Shown here: positions 16,227 through 24,533 of the stretch, piece by piece | Position numbering within the stretch: position 1 is the first letter of the stretch | Layout of the letters: every line of letters starts with the position of its first letter | Virus record (IMG/VR): IMGVR_UViG_3300046314_000310 | Coordinates: 1-31,328 of that record | Origin: a virus | Lineage: Duplodnaviria > Caudoviricetes | Reading direction: 5' to 3' (one strand) | Length of the DNA: 31,328 nt | Made by a program: the position numbers and the translations under genes | Notes under the pieces: generated by a model | The model's database searches: none | Seen by the model: only the letters and a program-made list of their open reading frames with translations | What the model was told of the DNA's origin: nothing

Positions 16227-16464
16227 AGACTGCTGCTGCTTGTAACCAGAGTGCGGCTGCATCTGTGTTCATTTCGCAGTCGTAGTCTGCATTTTGATCT
16301 TGATTGCACACTGACAAGTCTTCAAGTTCATCGTCTATGTCGTTGAACTCTTCATGGGTGTTAAGGCCATGCAGGTGTTGTAGCTCTGCAAGCATTACTG
16401 TGCTGATAAACTGTATTTGGTCTGTGCGAGGCTCTACAGTGCCTGTAGGGGCGATCTTAATCAT
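16219..16464 (-). CDS. small acidic hypothetical protein
   Basis: 81 aa, AAAGGT RBS; HEEFNDIDDELEDL. Confidence 0.7.
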   Translation of the reverse strand: MIKIAPTGTVEPRTDQIQFISTVMLAELQHLHGLNTHEEFNDIDDELEDLSVCNQDQNADYDCEMNTDAAALWLQAAAVYA

Positions 16465-16666
16465 GATATACCTTTGAAAAATGCCTGTTGGAAACAGTCA
16501 GGCTCTGCCTATAGTGGTTCTGTGTGTCGGCGCGTTGGGTTTCCGGTGTAACCTTAGCCTGAATTTCCGGTGCGGTCTTTACGCAATCTAGTAGTCGCCC
16601 ACTTTACTACTAGAGTTTGTGAGTTTCATTGTCACAAAAGATAGGCTTGCGCCTATGCTTTGTGTC

Positions 16667-16888
16667 CTAAAACTCAGCAGAGTATGCACCTTTACGCAGC
16701 ACAGCTTGTGCCATAGCGTAGAAGCAGCCAGTTTTGTTGTCTCCGTAGGTGCTGCCTGCCGGTAGCTCTATGGGTGCATCTATGCAGTATGTTTGCTCAT
16801 AGCCTTGACGCATATTGTGTATCATGCCCTCACCGGTGCTGTGCACAGGGCAGTTTATGATTATCTTGCCATTATCTGCACGTTTCAT
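16667..16888 (-). CDS. hypothetical protein
   Basis: 73 aa, GGAGAGG RBS. Confidence 0.7.
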   Translation of the reverse strand: MKRADNGKIIINCPVHSTGEGMIHNMRQGYEQTYCIDAPIELPAGSTYGDNKTGCFYAMAQAVLRKGAYSAEF

Positions 16889-16889
16889 G

Positions 16890-17009
16890 TTAGCCTCTCC
16901 AGAACAGGATAGAGCCGGGTGTAAACACTATTGCTGTAAACACTTTGTGCTCATGCTTAGCTTGCATAGTAGCCAGCTTGCAATGCAAGCGAATTAGTCG
17001 GTTTGACAT
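16890..17009 (-). CDS. hypothetical peptide, 39 aa
   Basis: AAAGGT RBS; MSNRLIRLHCKL...LFWRG; ends 1 nt before the next ATG. Confidence 0.5.
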   Translation of the reverse strand: MSNRLIRLHCKLATMQAKHEHKVFTAIVFTPGSILFWRG

Positions 17010-17060
17010 ACGATAACCTTTTTAAAATCTAGGGTTCTGCCTAGTCAGTCTGTGCGAGTA

Positions 17061-17092
17061 CACAAAGTAAAGCCCTCGGGTTAGAGGGCTTT
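17061..17092 (-). terminator. probable intrinsic terminator
   Basis: AAAGCCCTC-6nt-GAGGGCTTT hairpin (17069-17092) with TTTACTTT tail on the minus strand. Confidence 0.6.
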
Positions 17093-17101
17093 CGGCTTTG
17101 G

Positions 17102-17290
17102 CTACTCTTGCTTAACTAAGTAAATTTCTCCTGCCTCTACTTTGTCGCAGCTTATATGCCATAGCATAGAGCATCCGTAATTAGATCTCTCAACAGCTAA
17201 CCTTGCCTCTGCAAAGTTAGTGGCACACACTAGCACTGTGTCTATGTGTTGGTGGCTGTCGTGGCGCACTTCATACACTACTTTAAACAT
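17102..17290 (-). CDS. hypothetical protein
   Basis: 62 aa, GAGGT RBS. Confidence 0.7.
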   Translation of the reverse strand: MFKVVYEVRHDSHQHIDTVLVCATNFAEARLAVERSNYGCSMLWHISCDKVEAGEIYLVKQE

Positions 17291-17630
17291 GGCTCACCTC
17301 TAAATCGTCTGCTGGATAGCAGGCATGATTGTATGTATCTAAGGCTTCAAGCGCCTGCCTAAGCTCAGGCAAGCATTTAGCGCCCCTCACAAACTGCTCT
17401 TGCAGCTTGTTATGCACCTCTTCTAGCCGTGTACGTTCTTCCTCTCTGTCAAAGATGTTCCACAGCATAACGCCCTCACTTGCAGGATGCGTGCATTGGT
17501 TGTACACCAGTCCACGACGTTTACCGCTAACTGCATCGTCTCTGACGCCCCAAGCCATGCCTTCTACGCTCATTAGGGGCTTAGTCCACAAAACGCTGTG
17601 ATGTGCTGCATAAGCTGTAACCATTAACAT
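17283..17630 (-). CDS. hypothetical protein
   Basis: 115 aa, AAAGGT RBS. Confidence 0.7.
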   Translation of the reverse strand: MLMVTAYAAHHSVLWTKPLMSVEGMAWGVRDDAVSGKRRGLVYNQCTHPASEGVMLWNIFDREEERTRLEEVHNKLQEQFVRGAKCLPELRQALEALDTYNHACYPADDLEVSHV

Positions 17631-17644
17631 AATCTACCTTTCAA

Positions 17645-18300
17645 GATAGGCAACATCGCCTAGATAGCGCTGTAAGCAGCGCTATCGAAGTTGTCGCAGA
17701 CAATGGGCAACTACATAGCCCTTGATACGCACGTTTGAACCTTCTAGATGTAGCAGTACATTGCTATTCGCTTTGTAGATTTATTCTAGAAGGTTCCTGC
17801 TGTGTCAGGTTCCCTATCATTCCTCGCGCCAAAGGTGGGCGCTTTTCGGGGTGCTAACCCCTTACCTTAATTGCATTATTAGTTCACCATACCATGCTGC
17901 TCACTCATAACTTATTCCCTGTTACGGGTTCTATGCTGTGACACTGGTTTCAGAACTAGTCCAGTCTATTGCGCTAGCTGAGACTGAAGCCTACAACCGT
18001 AGTTGTATATCGTAAGGTTAACGACTAAGAACATTCTGTAATCTATCTAGGGTAAGTAGGATTTGCTATTCTGTTTATCAGTACGTTGGCATTAAAGTTT
18101 AACAACGAAGAACGCACGTTATTGTCTCTCCGGCTCTGTCAGAGTTATTTATACAAACTATCTCTAACGCATTGGAGGGTTTTGTGTGAGTCGCACCGTA
18201 CTATTTATGCATACTACAATTTTCAGGATTACATGGTGTAATTCGACAATGCAGCGGCGCACCTACTATTCTAAGTGGTTTGCATTGTCTGTCTTTAGTA
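17645..18300. ncRNA. candidate large structured non-coding element
   Basis: No ORF of 60 aa or more; dense stems, e.g. 17663-17686, 17737-17748/17785-17796, 17992-18007, 18245-18253/18281-18289. Confidence 0.45.
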
Positions 18301-18338
18301 TCAAGTGGCCTATCATGCGCCATGTTGCGATGCTTGTC

Positions 18339-18398
18339 AGACTATAAACCCGTTGCCGGTGTTGATTCGTTAGACTGTAAACCCGTTGCCGGTGTTGA
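18339..18398. repeat. 27-bp direct repeat x2
   Basis: AGACT(A/G)TAAACCCGTTGCCGGTGTTGA at 18339-18365 and 18372-18398. Confidence 0.9.
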
Positions 18399-18523
18399 CA
18401 CACTGCGCCATGTATGCGCTATTCACCCGGACATGTTGCCGGGTTTCTAAGGGCGTGTTTATCCCCTAGTGTTACCACTCAATTGTTAATGATCCGCACA
18501 ACTTTGGTGCAATGTAGGGACGA

Positions 18524-18579
18524 TGCCTACACGATAGCGTTAACGCTATCGTGTAGGCACTGGCATAGTGCCAGTGCCT
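18524..18579. repeat. perfect 36-bp palindrome overlapped by an 11-bp-stem hairpin
   Basis: TGCCTACACGATAGCGTTAACGCTATCGTGTAGGCA (18524-18559); AGGCACTGGCA-TAG-TGCCAGTGCCT (18555-18579). Confidence 0.95.
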
Positions 18580-18585
18580 GGCTAC

Positions 18586-19140
18586 TTACTCGCTTGTCAC
18601 AGTATCGACGCTTGTCACCATGTCATCACTTGTCAACCCTGCGTCAGTCAGTGCGGCTACTTGTGCGGACATTTGTGCCGCGTCATACTCTGCCCTCATG
18701 TCTGAGACGTGGTTAATTAGCGCAGTCACTCGCTTTGCCACAGCAGATCGCGCTACTAGTGTCTTGTCGCTGGGTGTCTTCTTGTCATAGGCACCACGTG
18801 CCCATGCGGCGACATCGCCGCGATACGCATAGAACCCAGTATGCCCCATGGGGCAAGCTGGGAGAGCATCAGTGTCGGCTAGTTGGCCGGTTATGGCTCT
18901 CACCGCTTTGGCGAAGTTACTTACATTCTTGCACTCTGAAGAAACGAAACCTGCACACAGCTTGTCAAAGCCTTGTGACGCCATTGCTGCAGCCGCTAGT
19001 GTGCGGGTTGCACCTTTGCCCACACTGGCAACCACTGCTAAAGTGTCGCTATCCATTGAACCCACTAAATCAAGTGCGCGGATCTGGGATTTTGACAGAA
19101 TGGCATTTACGCCAGTAGCGACCAAAGAAAATGTTGTCAT
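18586..19140 (-). CDS. first gene of the leftward arm, Ala-rich hypothetical protein
   Basis: Start moved to ATG 19140 (AGGTG RBS); 184 aa. Confidence 0.75.
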   Translation of the reverse strand: MTTFSLVATGVNAILSKSQIRALDLVGSMDSDTLAVVASVGKGATRTLAAAAMASQGFDKLCAGFVSSECKNVSNFAKAVRAITGQLADTDALPACPMGHTGFYAYRGDVAAWARGAYDKKTPSDKTLVARSAVAKRVTALINHVSDMRAEYDAAQMSAQVAALTDAGLTSDDMVTSVDTVTSE

Positions 19141-19238
19141 GATATTTAACACCTATAAAAGAACCCTAGTGTAGCGGGTAGCTATCGGCAACCACTTTAG
19201 TTACCTAGGGTTGCTGTAATCAGCTAACCCATGCCATT

Positions 19239-19278
19239 AATGTACAGTGATTTTTGAGTGTGTGCCAAATATATTTTT
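19239..19278 (-). promoter_or_regulatory. putative leftward early promoter
   Basis: Minus strand TTGGCA-18nt-TACATT with an AT-rich UP-like tract. Confidence 0.45.
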
Positions 19279-19390
19279 GTGTGTGTGCTTTATGCCACAT
19301 CACATTATGACCTAGTGCGCACTGCGCACACTGCGCACAATTAACACACTTCACAATATATCCCTTATACATAATTGTAATATACCAGAC

Positions 19391-19704
19391 TGTGGATACT
19401 GTGGATAAGTTCTGGGGATATAGCTGTGGATAACATGTTGTTATGATGCAACAGCCGCTAACCCTGTGAATAACATATTTTGATGGTAAGGTGGCTTGAG
19501 TATGCTTTGAACGATCCTAGAGCATCCTAAAGGCTCATCATTGTATTTAACTATGGCAGTGTGCTGGTATGATAGTAAAATACTAATGGACAAATAAGTT
19601 ATCCACAGCTTGTGCACATGGTTGTCCACAGCCTGTGCATAACTCAGTGATTGTGCATAGGTTATCCACAAGTGACGTATGGCCTGTGGATAACCTGTGG
19701 ACGA
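19391..19704. promoter_or_regulatory. DnaA-box cluster (about 13 boxes)
   Basis: TTATCCACA on either strand at 19400, 19425, 19599, 19662, 19685; TTWTNCACA at 19465, 19634; 1 mismatch at 19391, 19622, 19652; 2 mismatches at 19413, 19611, 19696. Confidence 0.88.
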
Positions 19705-19772
19705 TGCTGCGCCTCTACCTACCCAAGAAACGCGCCAAAATTTTCCATATAAATTTCTCATACTTCGCACAT

Positions 19773-19814
19773 TTTGGCACGTTTCCGGGGTGTTAAACCC
19801 GGAAACGTGCCAAA
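19773..19814. repeat. 17-bp perfect inverted repeat upstream of the packaging genes
   Basis: TTTGGCACGTTTCCGGG-8nt-CCCGGAAACGTGCCAAA. Confidence 0.9.
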
Positions 19815-19930
19815 CCTCACAGACCGACACCTCGTTCACCCACCCCACAACCATAAAAATAAAAATTTTTTCTAATACAAAGAAGCATTTGGCAATACAC
19901 CACTGCCAAATACCATGTTAGACTAGGAAT

Positions 19931-20305
19931 ATGCATACACTAAATACTCACGGTTATCCAGCAGAATGGCCGCAGCCTACTGATCGCATAACCTCTACTG
20001 TATCTCGCATCACTCACGCGCAGAAGAAAGCCTTGTATGAGCGGACTGTCACTACTAGATCGCTAGCTAAGCTTTTAGGTGTAGCAGAATCACATCTATC
20101 ATACTTATTTCCGGGTAAGGTGCCAGCACGTAAACGAGTTAAGAGTTCATTGAGTACAGTCAGGAAAGAGTTTCGCATAGTATGCGCCAAACGAGTCCTA
20201 GCCAGTGAGATTTCAGTCACCGAAGCCGCCTCTATAGCACGAATCAGTTACAGAAGTATGGCTAGAGCAGTGCAAATACTGCGTCAAGAAAGGAAAACAC
20301 CATGA
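19931..20305 (+). CDS. double helix-turn-helix DNA-binding protein
   Basis: TTRSLAKLLGVAESHLSYLF and SVTEAASIARISYRSMARAV; ATGA-coupled to the next gene. Confidence 0.75.
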   Translation: MHTLNTHGYPAEWPQPTDRITSTVSRITHAQKKALYERTVTTRSLAKLLGVAESHLSYLFPGKVPARKRVKSSLSTVRKEFRIVCAKRVLASEISVTEAASIARISYRSMARAVQILRQERKTP

Positions 20306-20688
20306 AACCAGAGTTCAACATGGAAGATTTCCCTGTCCTAAAAGGCAAAGCTGATGAAAATGACACGTACAAACCCGACTTTGTACCTCTTACAGCCACC
20401 GGATTAAACCTTGAAACAGAGCTATTAGAACAGTACAACCGTGCTAGACGAGTCCTCCATGATGCTGAATATGACAGTGATGTACCTCTTTCGCAGAAAG
20501 CAGCAGCATTAAACTCAGCAACGACTATCATCGGAGCCTTGATCAAGTCGCAGGCCGAACTCTATAGCCTTGAAAGAGTGAAGAAAATAGAGAATGCGCT
20601 GATTACGACCTTGAAGAAGTACCCAGAACTACAAGAATCGTTTATGCAAGAGTACACCACAAACCTTGGAAGTAGCGATGATACGTGA
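20302..20688 (+). CDS. probable terminase small subunit
   Basis: 128-aa helical protein with AAGGA RBS overlapping the large terminase start; positional inference. Confidence 0.6.
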   Translation: MKPEFNMEDFPVLKGKADENDTYKPDFVPLTATGLNLETELLEQYNRARRVLHDAEYDSDVPLSQKAAALNSATTIIGALIKSQAELYSLERVKKIENALITTLKKYPELQESFMQEYTTNLGSSDDT

Positions 20689-22336
20689 GCACCTAGCTAG
20701 GGTTAAGAACGCTATAGAGAATGTGTACTCTATGGGTAATTTGTCAAAGTGGATCACAGCTAACACTACATACGAGGGTAAGCGATTCTCCTATGCGGGT
20801 AGAGAGTACCAACCTACCATCATAGATGACCCTGCCAAAACAGTTTACGTGGTCAAGTGTGCTCAGGTCGGGCTGTCAGAAATCTTCGCTCGATGGGCGC
20901 TTGCCTCTGTTACTTCGCAAGAGAACTTCACTACTATTTATACATTCCCTGCCTCTACAGATGCTGAATTGTTTACTAAGTCTAGGTTGACACCTGTTAT
21001 TGCGGGGTCTAAGTCGATTACGCATTCACTTAGCAGGCTTGTAAACAGTACAGAGTTGAAGCAGTTTGGATCTAACAGCTTCCTGTATATTCGCGGTACA
21101 TATTCAGAAACTGGAGCCTTGTCAGTGCCTGCAGACTTGATTATACATGATGAGTATGATCGGTCAGATATGAACAACGTAGCTGCTTATGTGTCTCGCT
21201 TACAGGCTAAGCCTACTAAAATGCGCCGTGTGTTTAGCACACCTACGGTTGCTAAGTATGGGATAGATAGAGAAGCAAATGCTTCTAGACGAAAGAAGCA
21301 GATGTGGACTTGCAGTCATTGCAGACACAAATTCTTACCAAATTATCACGATAACGTGATTATACCTGACTTTACAGGCCGTAAACAGGACTTGAATAAG
21401 CTGAATATCGTTAATACACGCTGGGCAGAGGCTAAATTATTGTGCCCTAGATGCGGTAAAGTGCCTGATAACGGGCTTGAGTACCGCGAATGGGTGATCG
21501 AAAATTCAGATGCTAAGTTCGATGCGGTCAGTTATTTCGTGTCACCCTTCTGTGCACCGGGCTTTATCACTGCTTCCTACCTTGTCAAGGTATCTACTGA
21601 GTTTGAAAAGTGGTCGGAGTTTTGCAATCAGGCCCTTGGAGAGACTTCTGAAGATGCACAAGATAGCTTGGTAGAGTCAGACATTACCGCTATGCACACC
21701 CCGAACACTATGAAGGCTTCAGGTATTCACTTCATGGGTTGTGACATGGGCGCTACTTGTCATATCATGATAGGCAAGAAGTTTGAGGGTAAGTTGATAG
21801 TAGTGCATCGTGAGAAAGTGTACTTTACGGAGTTTGAGCAGCGTAGAAGAGAGCTTTGCTCTGAGTATTCAGTGCTAACATCGGTGCATGACTTGTATCC
21901 GTACACCGATATTATAGCTAGAGTTACTGCATTCGATCCTAATGCGTTTGGTGCTACTTATGTTTACAGAAAGACTACAGAGTCGCACTACGTTAAAGAG
22001 CAACAGGAAGACCCAGAAGAGGGTAAGGTGAATGTACGATCTGCTATGATTAACAGAGACATTGCATTCGATGAGTTAATGGCTGAAATTAAAGGTCGCA
22101 TGATTGTCATCCAGAACTTAGATGACGAAACGGTGCAACACTTCCTAGACATGAAGCGCATACAAAAGTTTGACAAGTCTAATGTTATGCGATATGTGTG
22201 GGAGAAGACAGCAGGGATTGACCATTGGCATCATACGCTGCTATACCTGTACATTGCATCTAAGCTACAAGGCACAGCAGGTGCATGGACACCAGCAGGG
22301 GCTGTGCCATTCGTATCTGCATTCTTGGTAAGATAG
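20678..22336 (+). CDS. terL: terminase large subunit, lambda GpA-like
   Basis: KCAQVGLSE Walker A variant, LIIHDEYDR Walker B, FSTPT, zinc ribbon CSHC..CPRC, nuclease MGCDMG and DHWHH; ATG 20678 preferred. Confidence 0.92.
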   Translation: MIREHLARVKNAIENVYSMGNLSKWITANTTYEGKRFSYAGREYQPTIIDDPAKTVYVVKCAQVGLSEIFARWALASVTSQENFTTIYTFPASTDAELFTKSRLTPVIAGSKSITHSLSRLVNSTELKQFGSNSFLYIRGTYSETGALSVPADLIIHDEYDRSDMNNVAAYVSRLQAKPTKMRRVFSTPTVAKYGIDREANASRRKKQMWTCSHCRHKFLPNYHDNVIIPDFTGRKQDLNKLNIVNTRWAEAKLLCPRCGKVPDNGLEYREWVIENSDAKFDAVSYFVSPFCAPGFITASYLVKVSTEFEKWSEFCNQALGETSEDAQDSLVESDITAMHTPNTMKASGIHFMGCDMGATCHIMIGKKFEGKLIVVHREKVYFTEFEQRRRELCSEYSVLTSVHDLYPYTDIIARVTAFDPNAFGATYVYRKTTESHYVKEQQEDPEEGKVNVRSAMINRDIAFDELMAEIKGRMIVIQNLDDETVQHFLDMKRIQKFDKSNVMRYVWEKTAGIDHWHHTLLYLYIASKLQGTAGAWTPAGAVPFVSAFLVR

Positions 22337-22384
22337 CCAAATTGGTCGAAGTCTTAGCCTAAAGCACTTGAATGGGAGCTTATC

Positions 22385-22410
22385 TGGTAGAGTGGCGCAC
22401 TTGTGCGCCA
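22385..22410 (+). promoter_or_regulatory. possible extended -10 plus palindrome upstream of portal
   Basis: TGGTAGAGT followed by TGGCGCAC-TT-GTGCGCCA; a similar TGGTATAGT lies upstream of the protease gene. Confidence 0.35.
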
Positions 22411-22428
22411 GCAAAATAGGCTAATACT

Positions 22429-24144
22429 ATGTCAATCTACACTAAAGCCCTTGAGATTATCGGTTTTCAAGCCGCTACACTACCACCTGTGCCTCTGCCT
22501 AAGCCACCTACAGGTACACAGGCAGAACCTGGGCATCGTACTGTGGTCGGTGGCTCAGCAGCTAGGATAGCTCAACCTGATAGAACACCGCTTACTACTG
22601 ATCGCTTAGTATCAGCTAGAAATGCAACGACTACAGCGGCTGCTATCAGAACCTTGTCTTTTGCGTCAGCAGATGTGAGTGCTGCTATCTACGCTGCATT
22701 GCGGGTAGGTATCCCTGAGAAGTTCTCAGTCATCGCTAGGGACATGGATGGGAGGGTTAACCCTGCTGCTACCGGAATTGCACAAGAAATACTGAGACGC
22801 ATTACCTATCTTGGTAATGTGGATGGTACTTATGGTTCTCAGATGACTATTCAGAGCCTATCTGAGAGTCTGGGTAAGCAGTTGCTGCAAACTGGAGCAT
22901 GTGCAGGTGAGCTAGCACTTGATAAAGCGCGGATTCCTGCTAGTTTGAACGCTATTCCTGTTACTACTATCAAGTGGTACGACGAAGAGAAGGCTGCTAG
23001 ACCTGTGCAATTACTGGGCGGTATTGAAATTAACCTTGATATTCCTACCTTTATCTACGTTGCACTGGACCAAGACTTGCTAGATGTGTACTCAGCAAGC
23101 CCTCTAGAAGCGTCTTTGCAACCTGTGTTAGCTGACCTAGACTTCAATAACGACATTCGTAAGGCCTTGAAACGTGCTGTATTACCACGGTTAATGGCTA
23201 CCATTGATTCGGAGGCTGTAAAGAAGAGCACACCACCTGACATTCTGAACGATAGCAATAAGTTTGCCAGCTATAAGCAGTCTATTATCGCTGCTGTGCA
23301 GGGTGTGCTTAACGGAGCCAATCCAGAAGATGCACTTGTGAGTTTTTCTGAGATAGGTTACTCTTACATCGACGGTGGTAAAGACCCAAGTGCTATTATT
23401 GAGCGCATTCAAAGTGTGTTGAACAGTAAGTTGCAGACTGGTGTTAAGACCTTGCCTGTTGTGCTCGGCCACGGGGCAGGCGCTACTGCTGCATCAGCCG
23501 AATCCTTGCTGTTCATAAAGAACGCTAATATGATTCGCGTTAAGCTCAATGAGTTCTACTCTAGAGCTTTGACAGTTGGTGTTCGCATCATGGGTCAGGA
23601 TTGCTATGTCGAATTCCGCTACGATGACATAGACTTACGCCCAGACGCAGAGCTAGAGGCTTACAAAGCCATGAAGCAGAGTCGCATCTTGCAGTTGTTG
23701 TCACTAGGTATGACTACTGATGAGGAAGCCTGTATCCAGTTGACCGGAAATCTGCCCCCACAAGGCTACAAACCCTTGATGGGCACCATGTTTATGTCTA
23801 CGGGCGCGGCGGCTGCTGGCAGTGCCTCTAGTCAGCCCGGAACGGCATCGTCGGGGACTTCCAATATGTCTCAGGCTAAGCCTGATACGCCGAGCGCCCC
23901 GAAGACCTCGCCCAAAGCGGATACAGAAGATTTGATGCAGGCCCATAGAGATTCTCTGTCTGCTGTGCAAGATATGGCTTACACTATGACACGCCAGGCG
24001 TCGAAACCTGTAGAAGTTAGTGTGGCGCCAACAGAGTTGCACCTTACTATTGCATCAGAGGCCCAGAAACCTACTAAATCAGTCAGAGTCGTACGTGGAG
24101 AAGACGGTAAGGTTACAGGAATGGAGGTCGTAAATGGCGATTGA
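22429..24144 (+). CDS. portal protein
   Basis: 571 aa directly after TerL; helical content and size fit; low-complexity linker and C-terminal KSVRVVRGEDGKVTG extension. Confidence 0.8.
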   Translation: MSIYTKALEIIGFQAATLPPVPLPKPPTGTQAEPGHRTVVGGSAARIAQPDRTPLTTDRLVSARNATTTAAAIRTLSFASADVSAAIYAALRVGIPEKFSVIARDMDGRVNPAATGIAQEILRRITYLGNVDGTYGSQMTIQSLSESLGKQLLQTGACAGELALDKARIPASLNAIPVTTIKWYDEEKAARPVQLLGGIEINLDIPTFIYVALDQDLLDVYSASPLEASLQPVLADLDFNNDIRKALKRAVLPRLMATIDSEAVKKSTPPDILNDSNKFASYKQSIIAAVQGVLNGANPEDALVSFSEIGYSYIDGGKDPSAIIERIQSVLNSKLQTGVKTLPVVLGHGAGATAASAESLLFIKNANMIRVKLNEFYSRALTVGVRIMGQDCYVEFRYDDIDLRPDAELEAYKAMKQSRILQLLSLGMTTDEEACIQLTGNLPPQGYKPLMGTMFMSTGAAAAGSASSQPGTASSGTSNMSQAKPDTPSAPKTSPKADTEDLMQAHRDSLSAVQDMAYTMTRQASKPVEVSVAPTELHLTIASEAQKPTKSVRVVRGEDGKVTGMEVVNGD

Positions 24145-24532
24145 AACATGCTTGACTACTGCAGGACGCTTGGCGTTTTTGCAAGGTAAAATCAAGCCTA
24201 ACCACGTATTTAAGATAGCCTTGTACACAGATAAGGCTAACCTGGGTAAATCTACTAAGGTTTATAGCCCAATTAACGAGGTCACAGCTCAAGGATATAA
24301 GCCTGCTATCTTGAATGCACCAGTGTTTAGTGAGTCTGAGGATGTGGCTGTAATGGATTTCCCCGGAGAGGTGACATGGGCAAATGTGAGCATATCTGCT
24401 GCTGGATGCCTCATTTATGACACAGATTTAGCTGATTTGGCAATAGCTGTAGGCTCGTTCGGTGCTACCATTACAAGTACAAACGACAAATTCACCCTAG
24501 CCCCAGAAGCAGACCTGATTAAATTCATCTGA
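24134..24532 (+). CDS. virion structural/adaptor protein (FKIALYT...NEV...GY family)
   Basis: 132 aa, GGAGGT RBS, overlaps the portal stop. Confidence 0.7.
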   Translation: MAIETCLTTAGRLAFLQGKIKPNHVFKIALYTDKANLGKSTKVYSPINEVTAQGYKPAILNAPVFSESEDVAVMDFPGEVTWANVSISAAGCLIYDTDLADLAIAVGSFGATITSTNDKFTLAPEADLIKFI

Positions 24533-24533
24533 C

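Noticed and set aside
18339-18398. Possible mini-CRISPR array
   Set aside because: Only two repeats separated by 6 nt, too short for a spacer; no cas genes in the window
18414-19174. Plus-strand ORFs 18414-18716, 18735-19118 and 18848-19174
   Set aside because: Antisense to the RBS-supported 18586-19140 gene or running through the palindromes; no protein-like features
19391-19704. Bacterial chromosomal oriC
   Set aside because: Flanked on both sides by phage genes, with no dnaA, dnaN, gidA or rpmH and no GATC clustering; kept as a phage element, though misassembly cannot be excluded without reads
19441-19921. ORFs 19441-19854 (-) and 19697-19921 (+)
   Set aside because: Translations simply spell out the DnaA boxes and inverted repeats; no RBS
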